Of a DNA stretch of 64,000 nt, positions 29,477-39,868 are shown one piece after another. Each line of letters starts with the position of its first letter. Position 1 is the first letter of the stretch. The notes below the pieces were generated by a model. The model saw only the letters and a program-made list of their open reading frames with translations, was not told the DNA's origin and did not search any database. The stretch spans positions 608,001 to 672,000 of the forward strand of contig CAVPQB010000004.1 of assembly GCA_963707505.1 (NCBI GenBank), written 5' to 3'. The position numbers were made by a program, and so were the translations under genes. This stretch comes from an uncultured Gemmatimonadales bacterium. GTDB lineage: Bacteria > Gemmatimonadota > Gemmatimonadetes > Gemmatimonadales > Gemmatimonadaceae.

Positions 29477-31537
29477 ATGAAGCGCACCATGACAACGGGG
29501 TTGCTGATTCTTCTCGCTCCCGTCGCCATCGCCGCCCAGGAATGGAACTCGCCTCGCGCCGAGAGCCTCGCGACTCACGCGACCGCGGTTCGCGCCGCTC
29601 AGCTCGCCGATAGCGGGTTAAAGAGCTACAAGGCCCAGGCTCGTGGCTACCTGACCTTTCTTGCCCAGTTGGGCAAGGGCTTTCCCGATCCTCCGAAGAT
29701 AGTCCGTGCCGACCAGATCGCATCGGATATCTACTGGAAGGCGCCCTCACTCAGCAAACAGTTGATCAAGGGGCGCCGCGACACGCTGGTCCTGCCGACC
29801 GACATCAATTATCACCGGGACCATCTCGGAATAGTGCAGAACAACTTCCCGAGCTTCATCAGGATTGGCGACGGCGACGAGGTGCAGGACGTTCCCCATC
29901 CGCTATCGCCATCCGGACTCAACGATTACGACTTTGCCGTGGGCGACTCGCTGCAGATCCGGCTGGGCGAGCGGACGCTGGATGTCGTGCAGCTGCGATT
30001 TCGTCCGAAGGATCAGAATGCTGCGCGTGCAATCGGATCCGTGTATGTGGACAGGGAGAGCGGGTCCGTGGTGCGCATGGCGATCGGGTTCACGCGCGCT
30101 GCGTACAGGGACAAGGACCTGGAGGATATCTCCGTCGTGCTCGAGAGCGGCTTGATCGATGGGCGGTTCTGGTTGCCGAGGCGGCAGGAAGTGGAGATAC
30201 GAAGGACGGGGACGTGGTTGGATTATCCGGCGCGCGGGATAATTCGGGGACGCTGGGAGATTTCGGATTATGACGTCAACGTCCCGGTGGATGCAGTCTT
30301 CGATCGTGGTCCTGAGATAGAGACCGCGCCGGGAGCAGTAGTTACGCGTAGCGGCGAGGTTACGACCAGGGGATTCAAGTTCCCGGGGACGGTGCTGGAT
30401 TCGATTCCACCGGATGTGCAATCGTTCGCGAGCTCGGACGTCGCGAAGCTGCATGGCGAGGTGAGTGATCTCGTGCGGGCTCGATCCGTGGAGCGCGCGC
30501 GTACGCTGGCGGTGGCGGGGTCGTCGGTGTCGCAGTTCGTTCATTTCAATCGCGTCGAGGGAATTGCACTGGGCGCGGGGGCCACAGTATATCCGGCTCC
30601 GCACGTGTCGCTCAATGCGGGCGCGGGTTACGGATTTTCGGATCGTGACTGGAAGCCGCATGCGGCTCTGTCATACACGTCGAACAGCGGCGCCGGCGTG
30701 AGTGTCGCTGCGTATCGTGCGTTGCATGACGTGTCGGTCGTTCCCGAGCGCTCGGGGTTGATCAACAGCTTCGCGGCGCAGGAATATGGAAGCGACTACA
30801 CCGGGCTTTTCAGTGCACGCGGCGGGTCGGTCACCCTGTCTGCGCCGACCGCAATGGCGTTGCGTCCGACGTTCGAAATCACGGTCGAGCGACAGGCGAT
30901 GGCGAGTGATCATGGAGAACCCGCGGCACGACACTTTGCTCCACCGCAGCTTGCGACGTCGCTGATCGAAGCTCGAGCGACGCTCAGGCTCGACGCGCCA
31001 CGCTTCGAGCTGTTCGGGATGGATGCGTCAGCGGCGCTGGCTCTTTCCGCAATGCACGATCGCGAGGATGCGGTCGCGCATTTCGTGACCGAGTCGGGGA
31101 AGGGCATCGGCACCATCGCAGCGACTCGTACGTTTTCTGAAGGGCAGTTGGCGATCTCGATGTTGGCGGCGGGTCTCACGAGCGGGACGCGGACTCCGCC
31201 ACAATCGCTCATCGCGCTCGGCGGACCTGTAACCGCACCCGGATACGATTTCCATTCACTCGTCGGCGAGCGCGCCGGTGCGGTTCATGTCGAGTGGCGA
31301 GCGAAGGTGCCGTTCATCCCCGTGCCGCTCGGCAGCTGGGGGCGCGCACCGGCGACGGCGACGCTTGCGCCTTTCGTCCATACCGTGTGGGTCGACGGCA
31401 AGGGATGGTATCCCAGCGCGGGCGTGGGATTGCTAAGCATCTTCGATCTACTGCGTTTCGACGTCGCGCGTGGAACGCGAGGCGGACGGTGGAGCTTCTA
31501 TTTCGACGTGAGTCGGGACTTCTGGCCAATTCTGTAG
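29477..31537 (+). CDS. Hypothetical outer-membrane protein (DUF5686/Omp85-like)
   Basis: Signal peptide, FNRVEG motif and aromatic-rich beta-strand C-terminus (DFWPIL). Confidence 0.6.
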   Translation: MKRTMTTGLLILLAPVAIAAQEWNSPRAESLATHATAVRAAQLADSGLKSYKAQARGYLTFLAQLGKGFPDPPKIVRADQIASDIYWKAPSLSKQLIKGRRDTLVLPTDINYHRDHLGIVQNNFPSFIRIGDGDEVQDVPHPLSPSGLNDYDFAVGDSLQIRLGERTLDVVQLRFRPKDQNAARAIGSVYVDRESGSVVRMAIGFTRAAYRDKDLEDISVVLESGLIDGRFWLPRRQEVEIRRTGTWLDYPARGIIRGRWEISDYDVNVPVDAVFDRGPEIETAPGAVVTRSGEVTTRGFKFPGTVLDSIPPDVQSFASSDVAKLHGEVSDLVRARSVERARTLAVAGSSVSQFVHFNRVEGIALGAGATVYPAPHVSLNAGAGYGFSDRDWKPHAALSYTSNSGAGVSVAAYRALHDVSVVPERSGLINSFAAQEYGSDYTGLFSARGGSVTLSAPTAMALRPTFEITVERQAMASDHGEPAARHFAPPQLATSLIEARATLRLDAPRFELFGMDASAALALSAMHDREDAVAHFVTESGKGIGTIAATRTFSEGQLAISMLAAGLTSGTRTPPQSLIALGGPVTAPGYDFHSLVGERAGAVHVEWRAKVPFIPVPLGSWGRAPATATLAPFVHTVWVDGKGWYPSAGVGLLSIFDLLRFDVARGTRGGRWSFYFDVSRDFWPIL

Positions 31538-31660
31538 GAGTGGCCTGAAGCTTCGCGCCGACCCGGGTATTGTCGTTTCGGTGTTCTCGATCATGGTCTC
31601 AATGGAAACGCTATCCGTGCTTACGGGCGGCGGGGATCCGCGATTGCTATATTCAACAAC

Positions 31661-32086
31661 GTGCACCGGTCATGGTCGGTTCGTCTCGGGTGGGCGCTGT
31701 GTGCCATCGTGTTCGCGGTCGTGTTCCCGATTCAAACGGGAATGCACGCGGCTGCAATGGTCGCAATGTCCGGAATGCCGCAGATGCGCGATATGGCCGC
31801 CGATGTGGGCAGCGACTGCGGACATGCTTCGACTGCGCGCCACGACCGAACCGACCGCCGTGGTGGCCAGCACCGTCCTGATGGTTCGTCGCCCGACTGC
31901 TGCGGCTTTGCCTGTAGCTGTCCATCAGCGCCCACCTGTGACGGACCTGCGTTTGCGGCTGCGGTTCCATCAGGCATCAGCGCGGATGCTCCAACCCTCG
32001 CGCCGCATCGTGCGACGTTTTATGCACCGGCGCGGCCAGGTCATCGTCTTCCCTTCGCGAACGGTCCTCCCAATCCGATAGCCTAG
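31661..32086 (+). CDS. DUF2946/CruR-like Met/His/Cys-rich leader protein
   Basis: Hydrophobic N-terminus, Met-rich stretch, DCCGFACSC and C-terminal HRLPFANGPP; directly upstream of a TonB-dependent receptor. Confidence 0.6.
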   Translation: MHRSWSVRLGWALCAIVFAVVFPIQTGMHAAAMVAMSGMPQMRDMAADVGSDCGHASTARHDRTDRRGGQHRPDGSSPDCCGFACSCPSAPTCDGPAFAAAVPSGISADAPTLAPHRATFYAPARPGHRLPFANGPPNPIA

Positions 32087-32163
32087 TCGTTCTCACCAGC
32101 TATCGCCGAGATCGCCTCGTGCGGCGCCCGCCGTGTCCAGCGCTCGGATTTCCTCGCGAAACA

Positions 32164-34236
32164 ATGATTCATCAATTCACACGTTCGGTTCCGAACCGTC
32201 TGTTCGGGCACGCGGGCATCGCTGCTGCGACGCTCTGTATCGCTATCGGTTCGGTCACAACCGCCGCGCAGGCGCAGGTGACCGATTCCACTCGGAAGGA
32301 CTCCATCGCGCGGGCTGCTCAGCTGCATGCAGTCACGATCACCGCTGCACCAGCCGATCAGGGATCGCCTTCGACCTCGACGCACGTTTCGCAGCGCGTC
32401 ATCGAGCTGACACCAGCCGCGACTCCGTGGGAGCTGCTGCGGCAAACCGCAGGCGTCGAGGTTCATCAACAAGGTCAGGGACCTGGCTTCGCCTCCGACG
32501 CATCACTCCGCGGTTTCAGCTCGGATCATTCGACCGATCTCGCGCTCTGGGTTGACGGCGTGCCGATCAACGAGCCCGTTAACGGGCACGCGGAGGGTTA
32601 CAATGACTGGAGCGTCCTCTTTCCGCTCGCAATCCAGGACATCGACGTCATCAAAGGCCCGGTGAGCCCACTGTACGGCAACTTCGCCGTCTCGGGCGTT
32701 GTCAACGTTCGCACTCTCGAACGCATGACTGGAACGCAGCTAGTCGCGAGTGGCGGCTCCAATGGACTTGCGGATGCGACTGTACTGTCCGGATTCGATC
32801 ACGGGTCCAGCGGTGGTGTTTTCGGTTTGCGCGCACGCCACGAAGACGGCTTTCGTCCAAATAGCCGCAGCGATCTTACGCAGGCGCACGGTCGCATCGT
32901 GCGCGATATCGCGCCGAACGCCACGATCGACGGCGGGGTCGAGCTCTACGGTGCGCGCTGGCGTTCACCGGGCTACCTGAGTGAGAGCGAGTTCGCCGAT
33001 CATCAGTATGACATCGTGTCAAATCCGACGGACGGCGGATTCAAGCGACGCGCCCAGGAGCGCGTAAGTCTGCGCGTCACTGACGGCGATCTGCTCTGGC
33101 GAACGACCGCGTACGCCACGCAAGGCCGCTGGCAGCTATTCCTCACCATTCCGCCTGCTGGCGGGCAGTTCGAGGGCACGGGTAGCCAGACTGAAGAAGA
33201 GGATTCGCGGACAGGGTTTGGCCTTACAAGCGCCGTGACATATACCGGAAGCAGCACGGACGTCACTCTTGGTACGGAAGGCAGGTTCGATAACGCACGC
33301 TATGAGAACTATTTCACCACTGCGCGCAGCCGCGATTCGGTCAACGCGCTGTTCACTGGACGGCAGCTCTCCGGTGCGTTATTTGTTGCGTCAAACACCA
33401 TGATCGGCCGCTTGCGGCTCGATCTCGGCGCGCGCTACGACCTGCTCGACACGCGTTCGACTCCCGACATGGCTGGCGGTGTGACAAATTCGCGTGCGCA
33501 CGGGGTCTTCTCGCCCAAAGTGGGAGCACTTGCGCATCTCACACCTGAGATTGCCTTGTACGCCAATGCGTCGCGCGGATTCCGGTCGACGGATGGTGTG
33601 CTCACTGATCCCACCCTTGCCCCGATCACAGTGTGGGCTTACGAGAGCGGCGTGAAGCTCGATATCGAAAACGTCACAGCGTCCGCTGCACTGTTCCGGA
33701 TGGACGTCAGCAACGAACAGACCTTCAACCCGCTTGCAGCCGGTTCCATGAGCGGCGGTGCGAGCAAGCGACAAGGCATCGAGCTTGGCTTGCACGCGCC
33801 CGTGATTTCATTCGCTACGCTGAGCGGCGACTGGACGTTCAATGACGCACGATACACCAATCGAATTGCTCCGTCAGATGATCCGAACGGTCCGGTCGTT
33901 GTGCTGAGCGGGCTGCGGGTATACAACACTGCACAGTACGTCGGATCGGCTGCACTCGACATCTCACCGAGCACAAGCACAAACTCACCCTGGACCATAC
34001 GCGTGAGCGGGAACTGGGTTGGGCCTTACTCGCCGTTCGACGAGCCCGGTGTCGTTCTCGGGGCGTACGGGTTGCTACACGCAGCGGCAAGCGTGCGCCT
34101 CGGCCGTGCAGCTACTTTAGACATAGGAGCTCGCAACGTGTTCGACCGCGCGTATCCTGAGCTGGTTGCAGGTCATATCGTTGCACCAGGTGAGCCGCGG
34201 TCCGGCTATGTTGCCGTGAAATACACAATCTTGTAA
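32164..34236 (+). CDS. TonB-dependent receptor (putative metal uptake)
   Basis: TonB-box-like AVTITA, plug LRGFSSDH...VDGVPINEPVNGHAEGY, IKGPVSPLYGNFA, NVFDRAY and terminal PGEPRSGYVAVKY. Confidence 0.9.
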   Translation: MIHQFTRSVPNRLFGHAGIAAATLCIAIGSVTTAAQAQVTDSTRKDSIARAAQLHAVTITAAPADQGSPSTSTHVSQRVIELTPAATPWELLRQTAGVEVHQQGQGPGFASDASLRGFSSDHSTDLALWVDGVPINEPVNGHAEGYNDWSVLFPLAIQDIDVIKGPVSPLYGNFAVSGVVNVRTLERMTGTQLVASGGSNGLADATVLSGFDHGSSGGVFGLRARHEDGFRPNSRSDLTQAHGRIVRDIAPNATIDGGVELYGARWRSPGYLSESEFADHQYDIVSNPTDGGFKRRAQERVSLRVTDGDLLWRTTAYATQGRWQLFLTIPPAGGQFEGTGSQTEEEDSRTGFGLTSAVTYTGSSTDVTLGTEGRFDNARYENYFTTARSRDSVNALFTGRQLSGALFVASNTMIGRLRLDLGARYDLLDTRSTPDMAGGVTNSRAHGVFSPKVGALAHLTPEIALYANASRGFRSTDGVLTDPTLAPITVWAYESGVKLDIENVTASAALFRMDVSNEQTFNPLAAGSMSGGASKRQGIELGLHAPVISFATLSGDWTFNDARYTNRIAPSDDPNGPVVVLSGLRVYNTAQYVGSAALDISPSTSTNSPWTIRVSGNWVGPYSPFDEPGVVLGAYGLLHAAASVRLGRAATLDIGARNVFDRAYPELVAGHIVAPGEPRSGYVAVKYTIL

Positions 34237-34408
34237 TCGTGAGCGGGAAGTGAACGCCGCCCCAATCTATCATCGTGTTCGGTGACCCGGTAACCGCGCC
34301 GGAATACGATTTTCATTATGCAATCTGGAGATACAGGCATATGATGCAGCATCAACGCGGCGTGCGCTGTGAGGCAGCGCGTAGCTGCTGGCCACGCTGA
34401 CAATTGGA

Positions 34409-35263
34409 TTGTGTGCAATCGTTCCGCAGCCCGGAAGCGCTCAGACGGCGACTGGAGATACTTCATCGACGGGAGCCGCTCGCTGGCTCGATACAGTCTC
34501 GTCAACCCCTGAGCAGCGCATTGCGTATCTGAGCGCTGCCATTCAGGATTCCGCGGATGAGCATCTCTCGCAGAGCGCCGACCTGTTCGCGCAATCGGTT
34601 GCGCAAAGTCTGCGATTGATGCTGGGGATAAAGGGCGACACGCTTCCACCCGCTGAACCGACGATGACCTGGCGAAATATTCAGCCTGGAGCGTCGACCA
34701 CCGTAACCGCCGACCGAAGTGGCGGCATCGCGGTGCAGCCGCTGGCAACGAACGTCGATCCGGTTGCAGGCGGACTGCTCACGCGAATTGCGCGAGCGGC
34801 CGAGGCGAGCGGTGGCTGGTTTTTCTGGCCGCCTGGCGAAAGGAGCGACTCGGTTTCGTTCGAGCTATCGATCGCGTTGGCGCCTCCGCATGACACTACG
34901 CTGAGCGGTAATGCCGGATATGCGTTTCCCATCTTTTCGATTGCGGATCCGACCGAGACTGCCGCCGTCCTGACAAGTACGACTCTGCCGCCGCATCCCG
35001 ACAAATCCTTTGGCGTCAGCGGTGACGGTACAGTTATGCTCGACTTTGTCGTCGGTTCAACAGGTCGTGTAGACACTGCAACCGTTCGCGATCCATTGCT
35101 GGACGGCCAGTAGCATCCAACCGGAAAGGAGGGAGAGATCTACGACGAGTTCATCAAGTCGTTACGAGAGTGGCTCCCGACGTCGACGTACGAGCCGGCC
35201 AGGATAGGTGGGTGTCCGGTGAGGCAGTTGGTGCAGCAGCCATTCGCGTTCACCGTGGAATAG
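34409..35263 (+). pseudogene. TonB-family energy transducer interrupted by an in-frame TAG (35111-35113)
   Basis: The same frame continues HPTGKEGEIYDEFIKSLREWLPTSTYEPARIGGCPVRQLVQQPFAFTVE*, completing a TonB_C domain. The signal-peptide region upstream of 34409 also appears frameshifted. Confidence 0.7.
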
Positions 35264-35404
35264 CGGGTGTGTAGTGAATCAATCATGGTTTTGAATATCA
35301 TTATAGTCATATGTTCCTCTGCCTCGTTTGGGCTTGATTCCGTGTCGGGCTAAACTAGCGCCGCGATTTCGCAACGCTTTGCTTATCCATCGTTGTGTAA
35401 GCAA

Positions 35405-36220
35405 TTAACGGGGTGGACGAAGCCGATCGTTGTCGTGGCCGAAGCGATTTGATGAGGACGTCAACTTCTGGGCAGCCAACGACGCTGCTACACTCGGTAG
35501 TATAGGTGCCGATCGAAGATGCGAGCTTGTACAATTGAATAACGCGTACAATTGCCTGTTCAACGATCTCTGAGTGCTATATCCGAGCATTAAAGCGACC
35601 TGTCGAAACGGGACTGTCGAGCATGTAATTGCCGGCAGAGCGCGAAAGATATGCGCGGATGCAATTAGCAAGCGGCTGGATGCAAACCCGGCCTGTGCGA
35701 GTCGCCGATCCATGGTACGCCGTGACAGCGTGCTTTGGCGGGCCAGGGCATTTGGAGTCAGTGCGCCCGTTCCTGTTGTAAGCAGGGTGCTAACGCTATT
35801 CCTCAACGGCTGCGGCAGGAGTTTGACTTGAGAATGTAGTGCAGCCAACAAATAAACTCCAATTTCGCCGTCTGGAGGGAGCAGCGCTCGCGTCAGAGCT
35901 TGTCTCTCGTCGGGAGCGCCTGAAAATACGAACTGCGCGTTAGTCTTCCGCGCCAGTATGACTGATGCTTCCAGGGACCTCGCTGTAATCGAGGCATAAA
36001 GAACAAGGTGACAAGGGAATTGAGCGGTACGCTTCGCGACTTCTTCTGCCGCTACGGTCGAGAGAAGTGCCGGGTCAAGTATAACGCAGCTTTCCCGCGG
36101 CTCCTTCAACTTGCGGATTAGTTCTGACAGAGTTCGCACTGCACACATCGTCCCGACACCACCAAGCGTCGATTTGACCGTTGCTATCGAAGGAGGGCCT
36201 AATAGCGTAACGTATCTCAC
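35405..36220 (-). CDS. AraC-like HTH regulator (start uncertain)
   Basis: LARQSTLSRRTMDRRLAQAG and VALMLGYSTQRSLNRQ form a double HTH at the C-terminus. Confidence 0.6.
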   Translation of the reverse strand: MRYVTLLGPPSIATVKSTLGGVGTMCAVRTLSELIRKLKEPRESCVILDPALLSTVAAEEVAKRTAQFPCHLVLYASITARSLEASVILARKTNAQFVFSGAPDERQALTRALLPPDGEIGVYLLAALHSQVKLLPQPLRNSVSTLLTTGTGALTPNALARQSTLSRRTMDRRLAQAGFASSRLLIASAHIFRALPAITCSTVPFRQVALMLGYSTQRSLNRQLYALFNCTSSHLRSAPILPSVAASLAAQKLTSSSNRFGHDNDRLRPPR

Positions 36221-36517
36221 CGTTCTTCCAAGATTCGAGCAGGGAGTGACAATGATTCGCTGTTTGAATCGCCTCGGAGAAAATAGCATTTTGCGGCATC
36301 GATGTTGTGCATTCGAGCGGTCGGCAACTTTCGGCGGTGGCGGATCGACGCGCAAGATGATCCGTGCGCTGTGTTAGGGCCGATTATTATTAAAACTTCA
36401 TTTATGAATGCGGTACCTCTGCGGTCACCTCAGTTCGCATTCGCCGGACAGGACATTCCGGTGATCGATCGCACTTCGGTCTCGTCCTGAATGGTTCTTC
36501 TTGCCCGGTTCTCAGCG

Positions 36518-38350
36518 TTAAGTTGTTGGCTGGGTTCGCGAGGGCTTTGAGTGAAGTGAATGAGCACTAGGTAAGACGAAATTCTCCATCCCGATGAGAC
36601 TTTTTTGAGTGCGAAATGTTGTCACCGTACCTCCTGTGGCAACATCCTTCGCGACGATCTTCAGGGGTTGATCCGTAGGTATTCCGCAGATCACGTATGT
36701 GCCCCGGTCGTCGGAAAATGCCGTGACGTTATGAGTCGCCGCCGCGAAGTGCTCTTGGCGCGAGTCAGCTATTGCGAACCAAGACACATCGATAATTGCG
36801 TCGGAAACTAGGGCGTTGGCGGTATTGCGAACCATCCCATGAAGTAGAGCTTCGCGAGGCCCGAGGCCGTTCCGACACATGTTATGTACTGCGTTCGCAG
36901 TTGTCGGGATGATTGTCACGAAGGATTGTTGAGTTGCCGGCTCAACATGTACTGCGCGTTCCGCAATGTCTATTCCCAATGTGTCCAGATGTGCTGATCC
37001 CATCTGGATGGAATAAATATCGGGTGTCACGCTGTCAATGGCGAAACTGCCCAAACTGTCGGTGGATGCTGAGTAAATTGTTGCGGAATCTGAAGGTGTG
37101 CGCCTCGGGCGTAACGTCACGCGGACGCCATTGACACCTTCCCGAGCGCCGGAAGGAGTCGTGTCAATAACGCTGCCGTGGATGGCTCCATAAGCGGAAA
37201 CGATTACGGAAGAATCTTGCGGCGATGCTACTGCCAATGCGTTCCGGACGTCCCCGCCGGCCTCCCATATACTCGTGACATGTTGCGCACGATTGCGTGA
37301 AAGGGTGATTCCCCCCGCTTCCGACGTAAGGCCACTTGGAGCTGTGACGGTTGTCGTCACTGTTACTACAGGCATGCGAATGAGCCAATGACTCACGATC
37401 CATGCGTCACTGGGTAACCGCTCATAATCGAGACGTCCGGTAGCCGCTAGGCCATCGTCAACCCCCCGCCCAGAGTTGCCATGGTACTCAAAATCGAGGG
37501 TTCGTAGAGCTAAGCTCCCGCGATCGAACCAAAGCGTACCGGATACGTCGCGAACGGATCGATCCTGGATGCGCTGTTCGGTTGGCGCAAATGCGAGTCC
37601 GACTAGATTTGGGTGAGACGTATCTTCGGTCGGGTGAAAACAATGTGTTCTCGCAAATGCGTCAGAGATCAACGTGCGTGCGTCTGGAGCATAGTACACC
37701 AGCATTTTCCCATCTGGCACAACAAACCCGTGCGCCGTCAGCGACTCAGCCGGTATACTTGCGTATGGTTCCGACGTTGTCGTTTTAGAGTCCCATGAAC
37801 GTGACTCCTCGACCTGACCTGTACGTGGATCTACCTGACGCTCAAACCGGTGTAGGAGAAAGGCAGTGCGTACGTCATGCGAAGTGGCAACCGTTGCAGT
37901 CAGTGCACTCTGGGCTTCCTGCCATAGCCTGAACACCGTGGCTCCCGCTTCTGGTGCGATTACGCAACGGCGGGCTTCCTCAATACCTACTCGAACGAGT
38001 TGAACGGGGAATGCATTTAGCGAAAGATTGATCCGTAACGCTTGTTGTCCGACGTTCAAGGTCAGGTAATTTGAAGAATCGGGAAGAAAGCCGATTCGAC
38101 GAGCGCGGATACGATATGTGCCGGCCATCGGAGCACGGAGTGTGAAGTCACCTTTGGTGTCGGTGATGGTGACAGCCGCAACTGCGCCCGTCGAGTCTAT
38201 GAGTGCGACGCTTGTTTCACCTTGTGGGGCAGCGACGTCGTTGACTTGTACGACCCCAGTGACGCGCTGGGCAGAAACCGAGCCAGCCCATACGGGCAGC
38301 ATCAAGAGTGCGACCGCCTTAAGCAAGTGGCATCTCCAGCAACTGTTCAT
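36518..38350 (-). CDS. Secreted protein with multiple carboxypeptidase-regulatory-like domains
   Basis: Signal peptide; TDTKGDF...GTYRIRARRIGF, TDSLGSF and SDDRGTYVICG motifs; FARTHCF...GLAF...GTLWFD core. Confidence 0.75.
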   Translation of the reverse strand: MNSCWRCHLLKAVALLMLPVWAGSVSAQRVTGVVQVNDVAAPQGETSVALIDSTGAVAAVTITDTKGDFTLRAPMAGTYRIRARRIGFLPDSSNYLTLNVGQQALRINLSLNAFPVQLVRVGIEEARRCVIAPEAGATVFRLWQEAQSALTATVATSHDVRTAFLLHRFERQVDPRTGQVEESRSWDSKTTTSEPYASIPAESLTAHGFVVPDGKMLVYYAPDARTLISDAFARTHCFHPTEDTSHPNLVGLAFAPTEQRIQDRSVRDVSGTLWFDRGSLALRTLDFEYHGNSGRGVDDGLAATGRLDYERLPSDAWIVSHWLIRMPVVTVTTTVTAPSGLTSEAGGITLSRNRAQHVTSIWEAGGDVRNALAVASPQDSSVIVSAYGAIHGSVIDTTPSGAREGVNGVRVTLRPRRTPSDSATIYSASTDSLGSFAIDSVTPDIYSIQMGSAHLDTLGIDIAERAVHVEPATQQSFVTIIPTTANAVHNMCRNGLGPREALLHGMVRNTANALVSDAIIDVSWFAIADSRQEHFAAATHNVTAFSDDRGTYVICGIPTDQPLKIVAKDVATGGTVTTFRTQKSLIGMENFVLPSAHSLHSKPSRTQPTT

Positions 38351-38589
38351 TAGTGAACACCACTCGGTCGAAGCCGCGAACGAAATGCACGACCAAGCTA
38401 CCGAGGAAAGTTAATGCTGATTCGGCGCCGTTCAATGGTTTTTTCGTAGGCCGCATAGGACCACACGCACGGTTTACCGACGCGGCGAGTGCGGCTGGCT
38501 CTACTCGGCGATGGCTTAATACAATCTTGAGAAGAGCCAGACGCAAACTCATGCCTTGCGCGTAGACCGCGATTGCGGTGTTATCCTCG

Positions 38590-38799
38590 TCACACCTTGT
38601 CGCAGGTATGGCCGTTGAAGCAAGTCTGGGAGCAGCAAATGGTCGCGCAAACGTCGGGATTGCCGGCTTCTCCGCCTCCGGCCATACAACGGAACTGCGA
38701 TGCTGTTGCGTGACTGTGCGATCGCATGGCATGTGCGGAGGACGCACTCGCAGCAAGAGTAAGGAGCGTCATGGCGTTGATCCAGAGCAGTCGCTTCAT
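38590..38799 (-). CDS. Small secreted six-cysteine peptide (69 aa, C-C-CC-C-C)
   Basis: GAGGA RBS 9 nt before ATG 38799, signal peptide ending A-H-A, and C-terminal CMAGGGEAGNPDVCATICCSQTCFNGHTCDKV. Confidence 0.65.
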   Translation of the reverse strand: MKRLLWINAMTLLTLAASASSAHAMRSHSHATASQFRCMAGGGEAGNPDVCATICCSQTCFNGHTCDKV

Positions 38800-39239
38800 T
38801 CGGGTTGTCCTCAAGCTTAAGAATAAAGGTTGATGGAAATGCCAGTGATGTGGACGCACGCAGTCTTGACCAGCGATATCGCTGCAGGAGTACGTCGCTC
38901 TCTAAGACTGTAAACGTATCCATCACCCCGGCTTCGAAGGCTACGCGTTCCAAGGTCTTGCGGCAAGGAGGTGGCCGGAAGAGGCATTGTTTGGCGGATT
39001 TTGGCACTATGCTGGTGATGCGGAGATGTTGTACTGTTTCGTCATTATGTAATCGGATAACATGTGATTCCTCGACAGCAGGTGTTCATGCAGCGCGTGA
39101 TATCCGACGGCATAGCCACGAGCGCGCCAGGTCGGAACGCATTAGCTAGCGGGTGGGATCTTAACCACTCACCGTTCATTCTGGAGCCGCACGTGGGAGT
39201 GGCTGGACAGGCTGGGATGTGACCCCGCAGGGTTGGTTG

Positions 39240-39868
39240 ACTGTATTCCTGTCGTCATGAGGGTCGTTGCGTCAGCTCACGTGGCGGTATCGTTCGTGAA
39301 ATGTGGCGAGGTGAAGAGCGTTGGCGCATGCTATGCTCAGGTCGTCGCAGCAGTAAAGACTGGCGTCAATATGCAGCTGGTGGCAGCAGGATAGGTGATG
39401 ATCGCTCGCCGATGGCAGCGTGTTCAGCGCTTTCACATGTCTTGCCGACTTCACAAAGCAATGACGAGGTCTGATAGCCTCGATCCGATCGAGCGAGTTG
39501 TGTACTGGCATTAACTCTGAGATGCACCCGCAGGCCTTCGAGGCATCTGTATGCGGCAGTATGCGCAGACAAACAGCCATGTTTTCTCCGAATACCACGA
39601 TCGTCGTTTCGCTCAGCAAGATTCGATCGGAGTCAAGCCATGGTCTAGTGTTCGCACGAGACGCTTCGGCGTATCGAACGTAGCGCAATCGATGCCTGTG
39701 TTAAGAATCCTGCGACGGCGAGCAATCGTAGCTGGCGATACGCTTGCTGCGGCGCAACTTGGTATTCGTGCTACGCCGGCCATACTCGTCGATGGTATAT
39801 TATTCAGTGGGAGTCCGGGTAAAGACACGCTCGCCGTGTATATAAAACGTGCGCTTGTCGAGAAGTGA
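39240..39868 (+). pseudogene. DsbA-family thioredoxin-domain gene, multiply frameshifted
   Basis: Fragments in different frames: DWRQYAAGGSRIG, VFSAFTC, VVYWH, MHPQAFEAS, FSEYHD..FAQQDSIGVKPW and LGIRATPAILVDG. The 5' boundary is approximate. Confidence 0.65.

Noticed and set aside
31581..32081. Alternative 166-aa Cys-rich ORF overlapping the leader ORF
   Set aside because: It lacks the signal-like segment and terminal PP motif. The 31661 frame fits a known architecture better, though this is not proven.
35111..35113. Pyrrolysine or amber recoding
   Set aside because: No pyl genes are visible, and TAG terminates many normal genes here (glmS, tig, clpX, pit).
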